From Symsagittifera roscoffensis (lineage: Eukaryota), in contig NC_087064.1 of the NCBI RefSeq assembly GCF_963678635.1, forward strand, positions 45,985,437 to 46,049,436: DNA of 64,000 bases, written 5' to 3'. Shown here in pieces: positions 1-12,901 of this stretch; the stretch's first letter is position 1; each line of letters starts with the position of its first letter. Under the pieces are notes generated by a model. That model was not told where the DNA came from. It was given only the letters and a program-made list of their open reading frames with translations, and made no database searches. The translations under genes and the position numbers were made by a program.

Positions 1-180
1 ACAGGCACAAAGAAAAGCAGCCGGCTTTTCCATTGTTACCAATTTTTTGAAAATCGGTAGTGGTTTGAGAAAAATTGAAACTTCTGCAAAAAGTGCAAAA
101 ATTTTCCAAAGTGTTGCAAAAAAAAAACGAAAAACAACATATCCCACTTATGTTCAATATACATGTTTTTTTTTCAAATC
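1..180 (+). repeat. 3'-terminal fragment of the composite element.
   Basis: Matches 11040-11170 and 18640-18800 (…cagccggcttttccattgttacc…ttttccaaagtgttgcaaaaaaaaaacg). Confidence 0.45.
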
Positions 181-922
181 GAAACTAACACTAGCCAAAA
201 AAAGCAGCAACATATGCCATTAAATTGGTTACGCTTAAATATGATTAAATTCAAATATACCAAAAAAGCGACCAAGTGAGTACTTTTATTAGCGACTTAG
301 GTGATAAAAAATTCTTCGTAATCATACACTACGCTTCGCTTATGTTAAAGCTATGAAACGTTTGAAAACTCCAAGTTTTTAGGTCTCCTCAACACAGAGA
401 CGCCAACAAACTTTTTCGCCCGTTAAATAAGGCAATAAGAGGCAGCTAAGCCAATATAGTATAATCGGAAACCTTTCAAGTCATTGAGTAAATCAAAACA
501 AAGAAATCGGTCAAAGCAATTTTACAGGCAATGAAAAAAGAACATAGTACCAGTAAATAACAGTAATAACAACTATTAGCTAATTTTGAATTTTCCAGAA
601 GTTGTGCATATCAGCACAAATAATACAGTGATTCTATTTCACAAATTTTTTTTTCGAAAAAAGTCAATATTCCAACTTTATCACGCTTGCTAATCGCAAG
701 CGTAGACAACTTAAAATTAAATTTTCAACTATTTACAGAGTACCGTTGTTGTTTTCTGGTTAAAACTTAAGACTTTTCCCGGATTTTTTAACTTCAGGCG
801 GTAGGCATCAAGCCACTTCAAGAAACCCGGCGTTTCTTTTCTCGGCTGATTTTACCTAGTGTACTATTATCAATTTCAGGCGGTTTGCCGGCTCCTCCGA
901 GCCGCTTGAAATTTGCACTTAC

Positions 923-1055
923 CCTGTCTTTAGCTGCTGAGAAGAGAGTACGGTCCACAAATGCTAAATGGGTGAGGGGTCCCTCATGGGCGCTCTGCAC
1001 AGTGAACAGTCTCTCGAGGTGTACAGGTGCAAAATGATCACTCGCATCGCGACTT
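923..1055 (-). CDS. WD40-repeat gene exon (…SRDASDHFAPVHLERLFTVQSAHEGPLTHLAFVDRTLFSAAKDR).
   Basis: Acceptor tttttgtgcag|AAGTC at 1057-1056 and donor AGG|GTAAGT at 922-921. The phase matches the upstream exon 1215..1364. The residues have WD40-like composition. Confidence 0.6.
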
Positions 1056-1214
1056 CTGCACAAAAACTAACTATTAATCGTCCATAATCCTTCCATAGAT
1101 TATCGTTATAGCGTCAAATTTAAAGGAGTTTAATGACCGATAAAGAGTCTATAAAAAAACGATGCTCGACAACAATCCTAGTCCAGCGAACCCTAAGAAG
1201 AACTGCACGCTTAC

Positions 1215-1364
1215 GAAATTTGGCTAGACTCCACTTTGAACAAGTCCACATTTCCATACTCGGATCCCACACTCACAACCCAGAAAATTTTCTCTTTAAC
1301 TGGTACTATTCCAACACCCAGACAAGTTTGCTTCTCAGAGGAGTAGAAATCATACTGGACACCA
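1215..1364 (-). CDS. WD40-repeat gene exon (C GVQYDFYSSEKQTCLGVGIVPVKEKIFWVVSVGSEYGNVDLFKVESSQIS).
   Basis: Acceptor ctcctccag|T and donor TTTC|GTAAGC. Phase 1 in and phase 2 out make it the only acceptor choice that links exon 1848..2097 to exon 923..1055 in frame. Confidence 0.5.
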
Positions 1365-1847
1365 CTGGAGGAGCTTTTTTTCTTCGTTTTCTCTGTAGCC
1401 ACGCCTATCTTCTCAACAGTGAACTCAACATCTGAGTTGAAAGGCCACGTAGAAATAGGCCGTGAAGCGGTTTTAGGATAACAGTATGCAATGAAGAGAC
1501 GTCTTTCGCTTACGATTAAAAGCGAGTTATCAATCCACTCTATAAATTGAAGAATGGCTTTGAAATCCTGTGGGAATCGGGTAGACTTGAGTATCTTGTA
1601 AGTTGAGCCACTAAAAACACAAATGTAAGTTTAAGTCAAGTATTTTGGATGTCAACCGTAAGTCTAGTCAACTATGCAACCTTTATTATAGTTAAACCTT
1701 TTACAGGCTATTTATGAAATTGCGAAGCGTTTAATTTATAACAGCTGATTGCAAAATCCTGTTTGCTGAGACTTAAAAAATGTCAGATCAAAACACAGAA
1801 AATGAACATTTGAAAAGCAGGGAAAATTTCTCTTGCTAAGTTTGTAC

Positions 1848-2097
1848 CATGCAACTGAAATGTTCCCGTCAGCTAGAAGCACAGCAAATAGCGTCTGGTT
1901 TTTACAAAATGCAACACTCTTCACGGAGACATCCTGAGTGTCCTCTCGTCTACTACTCTTCGAAACAACCGCATTAGACGGATTGTCTTCAGTCAGAGTT
2001 TGTTGTCTCACGTCTAGAGCTGTGATCTCTTTGCCCAGGTCACTTCTCCATACCCTTAATTGACCGTCACTGCCAGTTCCCACCAACATTTGGCCGC
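1848..2097 (-). CDS. WD40-repeat gene exon (GQMLVGTGSDGQLRVWRSDLGKEITALDVRQ…).
   Basis: Acceptor tctatttcag|GCGGCC and donor CATG|GTACAA. The sequence LVGTGSDGQLRVW is a canonical WD40 blade. The phase matches exon 7002..7182. Confidence 0.7.
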
Positions 2098-4334
2098 CTG
2101 AAATAGATTAAAAAATGAACAATCTGGGCAAAAACTACGAGGCAACAAATTGTAGAAAAATCATGAATTTAACTATGCATCGTGATGATAAAACAAAAAT
2201 TCAGCAGCGGCACCAGGCTTGACATAAATATGCGGCGCATAACCCCGCATAATTAGCCTTCAATTCGAAATCGAAGAATACCGCAGAAATTTTGCATAAT
2301 TGAAGGATTTCGAGCAAACTTTTCGAATTTTTCCGAAAATTTTATAGAGATGGCATTGAATTTTTTGACGCTTAAAAAATTCGACGCTTAAAAAGCTCAA
2401 GTACCCAAAAAAAATCAAAATTAAATTAAAGGAAAATTTTTGGGTTTAATTCTGTTGGGAGGGTGGTCAAAATACTTATTTGGCAAAAATCTGAATTTTT
2501 TGGCTAAAATTTTCATACTTTTTTCCCGTGGAATTTTATATTTGTAGAAATGCCCACATAATTAATAAAAACTACCCGCAGTCCGAACTGCATAATTTAA
2601 CTACTTATGCCCGCTGATTTTTGCCAAGCCTGTTGGCAGCATTATTCTTGATTGTTTACTTCATATCGCGTGTTTTTCAGCCGTATGGATAACGGAGCTG
2701 TAATTGTTTCGAATTCTTGTAATGATACAATAATATGGGCAGTATCTTATAAATACCAGTTTCTTTTGAAAAAGCAGAGGATCAAATTTCTATCATATCA
2801 ACATCTTCCTAGAATTAAATCGAAAATTATGTCTGATCCGAGCATAGAAAAGAATTCAAACTGATTTTGCAAGAATTAATTGGAAAGACTTTAAGATCTT
2901 GCTCAAAAAGATTATCATGTCCGATTTAAGCAGATCAGGCAAGACAGAGGAATCTGTTCGACTAGATTACATCGATTAAAATCACGCTTAATCCTGATTG
3001 ACACCTGAATAAAATCTAGATTGCTAAACTTAGCAAATTCGAATTAAGAAATAAGCATCAGATTTTTCCGTTGCATCAGCTCCTGCAGAAATTCTTAGCA
3101 TTCACTTAATCCAACGCAGATTTTAATTAGTGGGAAGGGATGGAGGAGGATGTTGGACACTCTCAACGCCCACAGGGACTCTTGCAACACTCATTTTGGC
3201 CAAACCCTGTTTTGGCCAAATTTTCAGCACCGCAGGCAAAATTTTGAAAAACAGGTTTAAAAAAGCCGTTTCACCCCCTAAATTGGCCTCTGCTTTATAG
3301 AGTGTCCAGAGAGCTCCAAAATTATGTTTAGTCGACTCAAAAAATAGTAGATGAAATAATCAATCTCTGAAATTAAATTTTGATGTAATGGCGAGAAAAG
3401 GTAAGACTTGACGAATCAAGTTTTAATAACAAAACTAACAGAAACTTTCATTGGCAATTTCGGTTCTAATTCAAATTCAAAAAAGCAAAAAGAAGCAAGA
3501 TCTTTGCAAGAAGCACAGAAAATTCCAAATACAACACAGCAGAAAGTACCTGAGCAGAAACCATTTCAAAAAATACAAAGTTTTGGAGCCCCCTTCTCGT
3601 CAAAACACACGCGCAAACGAACACTTTCTTTGCTGATGAAACGACGCAATATAACACTACTTAGCCGATAAATATAGGCCAAAATCATTTGAGCAGAATA
3701 AAATTTGTGAGCGAAAAAAAAAGAGAATATACGAAGTCAACGTCAGTCAGTAAATTACAAACCGCAGAAAAAATCAAAACACTAAAAGCAAATAAAATAA
3801 AAATAACGTAGAGCAAAACAAATTCTGCGATGTCGCAACTATGCTGACAAAACATAAGCAGACAAATCATAAGCCGCCATTTTTTTTAAGCGAATTAATT
3901 CCAGTTTAAAAAAAAGCAGTCAGGTTCGAACCCAGAGTTTCTGCCGTCGCAGATTATTCCTTGCCTCCAAACCAATTGTGCCGGAGACGGAAAAAAATTG
4001 AATTCATGAACTGAACATGAAATTACCATTTCCAATTTTTCCCTTTCTGTGAAATAAGTTATTTAGAGGAAAAAAGTCTCGTACCCGGTTGCAGCACACT
4101 TGCAAAAGCAACAACCAAGTAAAACAAAAAAGGCCGTTTTTCTATGAGAAATTTTGTTCAACTTCGAGTCATGATTGAACCTTTTTATGTCGATCCAACC
4201 CAACTTTTAAAACTCAAAAATAGTCAACAGACTTTTAAAAAAGTGTCAATGAACGCAAAACGAGAATGAAAAAAGGCCAATGTACTATCAAAAAATAACT
4301 CTAAAAGAGCTTAAACAACACAAAATTTCGCAAT

Positions 4335-4980
4335 AACAGAAGAGCCATAGATACCGAACAAATGATTGAACTTTTTCCAAATAAGGAATTTCGGAGAAGA
4401 TATATAGTATATTTAATGTCCGAAACTTTTTTCGTCAGAATTTATCAAGAAATATTTACAAAAACTAGGCCAAAAAAATAACTTTTTTATTTCGCTGGGA
4501 ATTATTACAATGGATTTCGTTTTTGAAATTAGGCCAGTCATGTTTTTTGCGCGAATTGCACTTTTGCTATTGGAGAGCGTAATTTTCCTTTTTAAACAAC
4601 TGAGTTAGAATTGTTTGGACAAAAAATTAAGAAATGTATGGCTTTTAAGCTTTTTTAATTTTAAGAACTAACTAAGATTGACTCTTTTTTTTTGATAAAA
4701 AACTCATTAAGAACAATGGATCAATAAGTAATTTTATTATTCGGCTGTGAAATCTGAATACTTCAACGCAATTTCGAAAATAGAATTCGATCACGTTTTT
4801 TTGCACGTTCTATTCGATAGTGGAGTTTGTTTTTCTGTTAACAAAGGAAATAAAGTGAACTGAAAAAGAAATCAAGTCAAACCTTGAAAAATCAAGTTAA
4901 GCGTGAGCACTTTTCAAGAATTTTCCTGAAAAAATCTTCAAGACCTATTTCAGAGTCTTCACTACGTTCATCGACTCTCG
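4335..4980 (+). mobile_element. MITE family A copies (diverged). Further copies lie at 5480..5937, 13640..13955 (partial), 51390..51945, 61270..61640 and 46645..46790 (partial).
   Basis: All share the 3' block AAGACCTATWTMAGAGTCTTCACTACGTTCAT and the internal 'ttcgaaactagaaatcgatcacgttttt' block. Confidence 0.45.
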
Positions 4981-7001
4981 AAAAATTTTTATCGAGAACC
5001 TGAACGGAAAAATTCGACTCCGATGACGAGAACACTTTTAACATAAATCCACAAGTTGGATCAATTTTGGATGCAAGACAAAATACAGCCAGAAGAAAGT
5101 CGGAAAAAATTCGATGGATGCAAAAGGATAATGAAAAAAAAAGATGTACAATCGAAAAAAAAATTAAAACTGGAGCTTTGAAAAGAACACAAAAATTCCC
5201 ACACACATAATAAAACCATAGAAACCGAAAAAAATTGAACATCTCTCTGAGAATAATTTTCCTTTTTTAGCAATTAAAATTTAATTGAACATTAAACATA
5301 AAAATTAACCTAGAAAAATTGAACTTACCCTTTAACAACTTCTACCATACCAAAAACTCTTTCGTATAAAAAAACATAATCACTTCACTTCGTTCACTTA
5401 CACTAGAACAGAAACTTTAACAAGTTTTAGATTAATTCAAAAAAGAAGAGGCGTAATTACGGGCACAATTACTTAAAATATTATATTCATTCACCATGAG
5501 AAACATAGCCAACATACAGCTGAAAAATATTCGATAAAAACAAGCAAACAATTTTTTTTAAATAACTCAACTTTCGAATTTCAAAGTAGAAAAAACATGA
5601 CCTTAAAGCTCTTTAAATTTCAAGAACAATTTATATTTGACACTTTTCTGATAACATTAACCCAATAAGAGAAAACTAGATCAATGAGTAATTTTCGTCG
5701 GTCAATTTTTTTGAGCCATTTCCGCTTTCTACATGAAAAGCGCAATTTAACTAACTTTTAGCAGATGAAATTTAATAGAACTCAAAAAGCTCTTATAGAC
5801 TTAGGCGCAATCATAAATGCATTAAAAAGTATGAATGCATTTCTGTAGTTATCATAAAGCATTTTCAAACTTTTCCTGAAAAAAAACAACAAAACACGAC
5901 CTATAAAAGTCTTTACTACGTTCATCGAATCTTACAAATATCAGAAAAAAAAACACGGATAAACGGTTGTTGTACACGTAGCACAGATTGTTTCGACCAT
6001 TTAGTTTTCAAAAAATATTCATTTTTGTGCGTGGTGCGATTAGAGGACTATAGGAACCCTTAGAACGTAAGTGAATTAGGCACAATCGACAACAGTTGTC
6101 CTCCGAAAATGAATAGAAGAATTTTAACACTTTTTAATTTAAAAAACCTTTAATTGCCAAGGAAGCGCTTTTTTTCACTACTTAATTTTTTATAAAACCT
6201 ACTCGCTCGCTGTAACTCTCAAAAATAGACTAACGTTCAAAAACTTTACACCGTTTTTGCTGCACTGGAAAAACATTTTGAAAATTCTTTAATACCGTTT
6301 GAACCATATATGAAGGCTCGCAAAATGATTTTGTAAGTGCTCAACCGAATGTTCGAACGTTCATTTGAGAAATAACTTTCGAAGGTTCTCGCGAATATTC
6401 GGTTCCATTTGACCTGCGTGTTACTGAGTTGTTTACAGTAAGTACCCAACGCTCACTACTTTGGCGAGGGAAATTTTCAGCATAACTCTCTCGAGTACCC
6501 CGTGTGAGCGTTTTCGCGTTTTCAGCACTGCTGGAAACGTGGTTACCGAAAGAAGAGCAAAACTTAATGGAGATCGTGTGAACATGCAAAATATTCAGCA
6601 GAAAAATTGAAAAATTTTCAATTAAATTTTGATTGAACTTCGATTCAATTTTTTTCTTCTCAAGAATACTGAAAAACCCAATGAAATAACTGATGTTCGA
6701 CGAATGTTCTAATGCTTTTGACGAACACTGGAAGTCTATATTTGAACAAAAGTAGCACCACTAGATTTTATCATTGCTTAATTTCATTAATCGACCAATT
6801 TTGATGACTATTTGCGATACGTTCGAAGACAAAGTGGTCGGAAAAACAAGAACAGCCACGGGTTCTGCAATTAGTTTAGATTGAAATGGTATCATGTACC
6901 GGAAAAATGATTGGTGACCCATTATAAAATCGATCGAATTTGAACAACTTATCAATTAATCTCGAAAAGATACATTGTTTTCGATGAAACTGTAACCTGA
7001 C

Positions 7002-7182
7002 CTCTAACAATTCGCAGCTGTGTAATTGTCACATTAGGAATATAGTCCATGATACAGAGGAGACACTTCTCGGTCACAGACCACAGTCTGAGTTGCCCAT
7101 CCAGGGATGAAGAAATGAGTCTTGACCCATCAGGACGGGTGAACACCACTGACCTCACTGAGTCTGAGTGGCCTCTGTAGCT
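7002..7182 (-). CDS. WD40-repeat gene exon (SYRGHSDSVRSVVFTRPDGSRLISSSLDGQLRLWSV…).
   Basis: Acceptor ttttgttctgtag|AGCTAC and donor AGAG|GTCAGG. The GHSDSV…DGQLRLWS motif is a textbook WD40 repeat. Phase 0 in and phase 1 out match both flanking exons. Confidence 0.75.
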
Positions 7183-7624
7183 CTACAGAACAAAATAGCA
7201 ATGTAAACAATAATTAGATTAAAAAACAGAAAACACAAGAAGCGAAACGGACCTTCACGCTAATTGCGATACACGCGGAGAGAAAATGAACTGATGTCAA
7301 AATTCAATAAGGTCAAAAAGCTAGAGCTAGCAAAATTTTCATGTTTCTCTCGGTTTTCGGCCTTGAATATATGCTATAAATAACATACCAAGTAAGGCTA
7401 TTGAACCTTAAATTAGCATTGGAAAACACTCCCGAAACGATAACAAAGCCAACAAAACCTGAGCAGACACCATTTGAGCCGAAAAACAGGTGAAACCAGG
7501 TTAAAACTCCCATCACACACAGGCCTGGAAAAAAAGCTTAAGTTGATAGAAAAAAAAGAAAAAAGTGAAAAATCAAATCTGACTGAAAAAATTTTAAGCT
7601 AGCATGACAAACAAGTTATGACAC

Positions 7625-8270
7625 AGAGGCGAAGCTGCACTTCGCATTCACTTGCGAGAACACGACCAAAAAGCAGCTCTATCAAGTAAAACAAGAAAAG
7701 TCGAAATAAGCCTCGAATTAGCAAAAACTCGGCTACGTGTAGGATTCGAATCTGCGACATACTGCAACCAAGAGATTTTGAGTCTCACGCACTATCCACT
7801 CAGCCACACTAGCTTAACAACCGATAAAAACTAGTCACGAATTAAGCAGCTATTTATGCTAATAACTTGCCAATGCCTTTCAGCAAAAGTGGCACCAAAT
7901 ACAAATAGACACAAATTTGCAATTAATACTTTGGAATATATATTACAAAGCATAAAGTCACATAAAAAAAAGCAAAAGTGAGTTAGAAAACTTCTGAAAA
8001 AGAGTTTTCAGCATTGTTGTTGTTTGCAACAAATCACTTTTTCGGTTCATTTGATGAATTAATAATGCATCATTTGTGTTAACTTATTACGATTCCAATG
8101 TCAAAGAACATGTTATCAAAAAGCTGTAAAGGTACCCTACCAATTTGGGGGTGCAGCACCATAAAGGTGCCGCACCAGTATTTGCGACTCAGATTGGAAA
8201 AAAGAAGGTTCGTATTAATACACTCGCTTCGCAAGTGTAAATACAACGGGTCTTCAAAATTCACACGTGC
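7625..8270 (-). mobile_element. SINE-like element with an internal tRNA-related segment (B-box-like GATTCGAATCC, anticodon loop CTCAAAA) and a 3' GCGAAG-loop-CTTCGC hairpin tail.
   Basis: The reverse complement of 7715-7805 folds as a tRNA-like sequence with a long variable arm. The tail hairpin is gaggcgaagctgcacttcgc. The head region is shared with 11200-11480, 46100-46190 and 49800-49930. Confidence 0.5.
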
Positions 8271-8889
8271 TCAAAATATATCTGTCGATTGAAGGAAGTA
8301 CAGACGGGAGAAACTGACAAAAAATTCAGTTAAACAACTTGTTGAACAAGTTGTTAAACAAGTTCGAAAAGTGTCAAGGAACTCGAGAAAGCAAAAAAAA
8401 TGATTGAAATTTATAGATTACACTACTTAGAACTTTGAAGAAAAAAATATCATGCTGAAACTCTTTTAATCGCATGCATTAATTTTATTTCCTACTTTGT
8501 TTATAAGTCAAATCAAATAACAACTTTAGAACTTCACACAAAAAAATACCATGTTCAAGCTTTTCTCAATAACATGTATTTCTAAGTTTTTACAATTTGT
8601 TCATAAACCAAATGAATAAATAAACGCAATCAACATTTTTTTTTGCTCCATGTCGACTACTTTCGTAATTAGAGAGTGTAAGTCCAACCGCGAAAAATCT
8701 AACTTGAGCATCATCAAATTATAACTTTTTATGAAAAAAAAACAAAAAATCACACGACCTCGCAGCGTCGCTTCACTTAGTGCTTTAACACTTAAGTTTT
8801 TCCACATAAAGTGGATAAATGTCATGGTACCAGAGTTTGGTAACACGTCCGTCATACGAAAAAGAAACCTGAAGACTTCACGATAGCCT

Positions 8890-9190
8890 AGGTTTATACG
8901 AAAGTTGCACTTCGCAAACACTAGTCAGAACGCGACAAAAAAGCAGCTAAAAGATAGAAATAAGCCTCGAATTAGTAAAAGTTTGCTAAGTATGGGCTCT
9001 GAACCTGCGACCTCGAGAATTGATTCTCACATCCTGCCCTCTCGGTCACGGACGCTTAACAACCAGCAAACACTAGTCAGAACAAATCAGCTACAAATGC
9101 TAAACAAATGCCAATGCTATTCAGCGAAAAAGGCACCAAAAGAAATAGACACAATTTTGCAAGTAATATAATTTACAAGGAATGTAATAC
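8890..9190 (-). mobile_element. SINE-like element, truncated copy of the family at 7625..8270.
   Basis: Tail gttgcacttcgcaaac…, an AAGCCTCGAATTAG block, a tRNA-like segment and a shared 9080-9190 segment (gccaatgc…aaatagacacaa). Confidence 0.45.
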
Positions 9191-9769
9191 AATTTTAACC
9201 CTGCGCTAAAAAAAAAAAAACAGCCATAAAAAGAGTTGATGAGCTCTTGATATCCGGATTCCTCGGAAACCATATAGCAACCCTTCGCTTCTAAATTAAA
9301 CATGCATTGGAGACTTCCGGAAATAATGCGCAAGAGCCTGTGTTTTTTTAAGGAACTCAAGAAAGTAAAAAAAAATTAGATTTACATTTTTAGATTAAGC
9401 AACTTAGATTTTTGAAGAAACAAAATCATGCTGAAACTCTTTTAATCGCATGCAATAATTTTGTTTCCTACTTTGTTTATAGGCCAAATCAGATAATAAC
9501 TTTAGAACTTCGCACAAAAACTACCACGTTTAAGCTTTTCTCAATAACATGTAATTCTAATGTTTTACAATTTGTTCAAAAATCAAATGAATAAAAAAAT
9601 GCAATCAACATTGTCTTTTCTCCATTTCAACTACTTTCGTAATTGGAGAGTGTAAACATTGTAAACGAAAAAGTTCATAAAAACATCGACCCTGCCCAGC
9701 TTCGCACCCTCGTATTTTGTTGCGGGTCGAGTCTCCTTCCCTTCATCTACACTACAGATCCATAATACC

Positions 9770-11170
9770 TTAAGGCTAAAAAGCTACCAGAGGCCTAGCT
9801 AAAGCTGGATTTACCTGTTTGATATCTTTTGAATTTGTTGTACTGATGCGGGATGAAGTAGGTTATTTAAAAAACGTAACCATTGAGCTTCACTCAAAAC
9901 CTTGGTTGTTGCTCTATTGAAAAATGAGTGAAAAATTAATTCTGGAATTTTCTTAAAAACATATTTATTGCTCAAACTTAAATGCGTAGAAGTTTATGCA
10001 CGGAGGCTTCTTACAACCTGTTGCCTTGATTAAACCTTTGAAATCAGATTGAGTTGTTTTCGAGAAGTCAAAAGTTTAAAACGGACAAGAAATCAAATTA
10101 TTGACTTTTCTGAAAGCACTCAATTTTCTTGCGTCAAAAAAATTAAACCTGAGCACTTACACAGAGAGCCCTTTCTCTCTTCTTTGAAACCAATATCTCA
10201 GATTCAGGAGGGTAGTTTTTGAGAAAACAAAACTTTTCAAAAAAAAACAGTCTAAAATTCAACTTTTCCGAGGTCCGAGGGTGATAAAGTATTGGGAAAA
10301 AAACTTGGGCGTAACCGCTTATGCAGGACAGCTTACACCAACCCATTCTACCTATTAAAACCAAAATCACAGATTTGGGATGGTAGTTTTTGAGAAAAAT
10401 CGAAAACTTTGAAAAAACGGTCAAAAAATCGAAAATTTGACGTTTCGAAGGGTCATAATTTTTTGTGTAAAAAAATTTAGGCGTAATGATTTATGCAGCG
10501 GAGCTTCTCATAACCCATTCTACTCATTGAATCCAAAACCTCAGGTTTGAGAGGGTAGTTTTTGAGAAACATTGAAAAATTTCAAAAAACGACAAAAAAA
10601 ATCGTAAGTTTGACTTTTCTGAGGATCATAACTTTGTGTGAAAAAATTTGAGCGTAACTGCTAAAGCAGGGGAGCTCCTCACAAGCTGTCCATTCGATTG
10701 AAACTAAAAACTCCTATTTAGGAAGGTAGTTTTTGAGTTTTGAGAAAAGTGTAAAAGTTTCGTAACATGGTCAAAAAATCGAAAAATTGACTATTTTGAG
10801 AGCCATAACATTTTGCGTTAAAAAATTGGTCGTGGTTGTTGATGTAGGGTAGCTTTTCATAAACCTGTTCTATTCATTGAACCCAAAATCTCAGTTTTGG
10901 GTGGGTAGCTTTTGAGAAAATACAAAAAAAAATCCAAAATTGGGTTCGAAAATTCCACCCCACACACTTTTTCGAAGGCTGTAGAAAGTGGGGTAAGGTA
11001 GAAAGAGACCAGAAGAGTATGCAGGCAAACAGGGGAGTGGCCGGAATCGCCATTACGCCATTAGTACTACTCTTTTGAAATTCGTTAGAGTACTGTTGAG
11101 AAAAACGAAAATTTTCCAAAGCGTCTCAAAAAAAACCGATCCCACACATTGTCATAATACCTTTTTTATC
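9770..11170 (+). mobile_element. Second copy of the composite element, truncated at the 5' end, with four ~178-bp internal units at 10195-10925.
   Basis: Colinear with 16925-18790. The same 3' block appears at 11000-11170. Confidence 0.5.
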
Positions 11171-11520
11171 AAACAGAATTTGTAATATAATAGTCTGTGT
11201 TAATATCGTTAGCACTAGCTGTACTTAGTAGCTGGTTATCGATCAAAATAAACACTTTCAAAATGAACACATTTTGTCGCAACAATATTTGCGACTTAGG
11301 TTGGAAAAAAAGATAGTTCATACCATAACACAAGCTTTGCTTGTGTAATCAATTGTGTTAACTTATTACTATTCGGATTTCAAAGCACATGCTATCAAAA
11401 AGCCTTAACGGTTCCCCAAAAGAGACGCCAATATTTCCGACTTAGGTTAGAAAAAAATAGTCGTAGAATAACATTAACGCTCACTTAAGTCAGCTAGTGT
11501 AAAACTGAAAATATATTTAC

Positions 11521-11782
11521 ATATTCCATAGTTTTGGAGGTAGTGTTGAGCAACTTGATCGTCGAGTCCCAACATGCAATGGCCAAAAGAGGTCTATTGG
11601 GATGCCAGTCTACTGAGTTAATGGCACACGGAGACGCCCTCTCCACTTCACTCTCTAGTTTCCCATCAGATACATTCCACAACATCAGAGTGCAGTCCCA
11701 TCCCACTGTTGCGAATGTCATACCGGCAGGGTCACAGGCTACCGAGACTACTTTGCGCTCGTGTTTCTTCCACGATGACAAC
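11521..11782 (-). CDS. WD40-repeat gene exon (…KKHERKVVSVACDPAGMTFATVGWDCTLMLWNVSDGK…CWDSTIKLLN…).
   Basis: Acceptor tttgttcattcag|G and donor TAT|GTAAAT. The exon holds two WD40 blades. Its phase matches exons 11987..12111 and 7002..7182. Confidence 0.75.
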
Positions 11783-11986
11783 CTGAATGAACAAAGCTAC
11801 CCGGGTTCACAAAGCAGGCTGCCCAGAATGTTTTAAGCTTTTGGATTCAATAGGCCAACTACACCTCTGGTTATATGTTGTTCATATTTAACCGGTTACA
11901 AGCCGCTTACATTCAAAACTAGTGTTAGAATCCGAGGATAATCCTGTGGTAGTTTTTGATTGAGAAAAAAATTAGTTTTGATTTAC

Positions 11987-12111
11987 TTGTGCCAGTCGTT
12001 CACTGAGTACATTAGCAGTTGTCCTCCGTCTGTTCCGACCACCATCTTGTCCCGGGAGACAAACTTCACCACGGAGACAGGACTCATGAAGCCACTCAGC
12101 TCATTCGTCAT
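11987..12111 (-). CDS. WD40-repeat gene exon (MTNELSGFMSPVSVVKFVSRDKMVVGTDGGQLLMYSVNDWH).
   Basis: Acceptor tgttgctag|ATGACG and donor CACAA|GTAAAT. It is shorter than the ORF-track cutoff but joins 12362..12457 to 11521..11782 in frame. Confidence 0.7.
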
Positions 12112-12361
12112 CTAGCAACATAACAGCATCAAAATAGTTACAGACAATATAGTTATAAGCTATTCCAAAAACATTCTTTGACCAAATGATCTACGGGAAA
12201 CAATAGCCACCGCTTTAAAATCACCAACTTCAGCGTCCAAAAGTGAATATTGTTGTTGATGGGGTAGCCCTGTATATCGTAGCCTAAATTTAAACCCAAT
12301 ACTGGACCATTTTTTCACCGACTGTGAAACTGCGATGGGAAGCCGTGATTGCTTAGAATAC

Positions 12362-12457
12362 CTTAGCTGTTTCGGTGTCATAGATGAGCACACGGCAATC
12401 CTTGACTCCCACTGCTAGTGTATTGGTCCCTTCCAGAACATCGAGAGATACGATAGG
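12362..12457 (-). CDS. WD40-repeat gene exon (PIVSLDVLEGTNTLAVGVKDCRVLIYDTETAK).
   Basis: Acceptor ttattttcag|CC and donor AAG|GTATTC. The exon is exactly 32 codons with phase 0 in and out. Confidence 0.7.
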
Positions 12458-12901
12458 CTGAAAATAACTCATGTTGTGTCGTGTCCTTTATCTCTGCTCA
12501 TTATTATTCCAGCTGGGAAGATATCGAAAGTTTTGTAATAAAAGTTTTCCCATTATGGCTCAATCAGAAGCAAATCACTTCAACTGAGTATTTTTCGTTT
12601 ACGTTGTCATTTTCAGATACGTTATACTCGCCATTACTAGCCTACAAATGTAGAAAAACTACTCAAACCAGCTTAGTCTATTTCAGACAGAGGACTTCGG
12701 TCTTTCTCGGGATGGGGATGGATTAAGAAAAAATTCCAATTTTGTCGACATTTATGGGTCCACCAAAGTGATTTTGTTCAGGTATGTTTGGTCAGGTTTT
12801 GATTTTTTAAAAGAAGTGTTTTGAGCAAATGAAAACTTAAAGTGGGCGTCAATTACCTGAAGAAGCGCTAAGAACCCTAGATTTAAACCTAGCCCACTTA
12901 C

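Noticed and set aside
1133-1435. Plus-strand 100-aa ORF.
   Set aside because: It is antisense to the WD40 exon 1364-1215. It has no protein-like composition and is an AT-rich chance ORF.
7700-7810. tRNA-like sequences (also at 8960-9060, 45840-45900 and 61100-61200) as possible tRNA genes.
   Set aside because: They are embedded in a larger repeated element with a shared body and tail. They have degenerate acceptor stems and variant B boxes. They are better explained as SINE modules.
11534-11836. Plus-strand 100-aa ORF.
   Set aside because: It is the antisense frame of the well-supported WD40 exon 11782-11521.
12160-12393. Minus-strand ORF (…LDAEVGDFKAVAIVS…) as an additional WD40 exon.
   Set aside because: No acceptor and donor pair gives a phase compatible with the flanking exons. 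Direct splicing 12362→12111 is in frame and gives a canonical WD40 junction. The ORF is therefore probably intronic.
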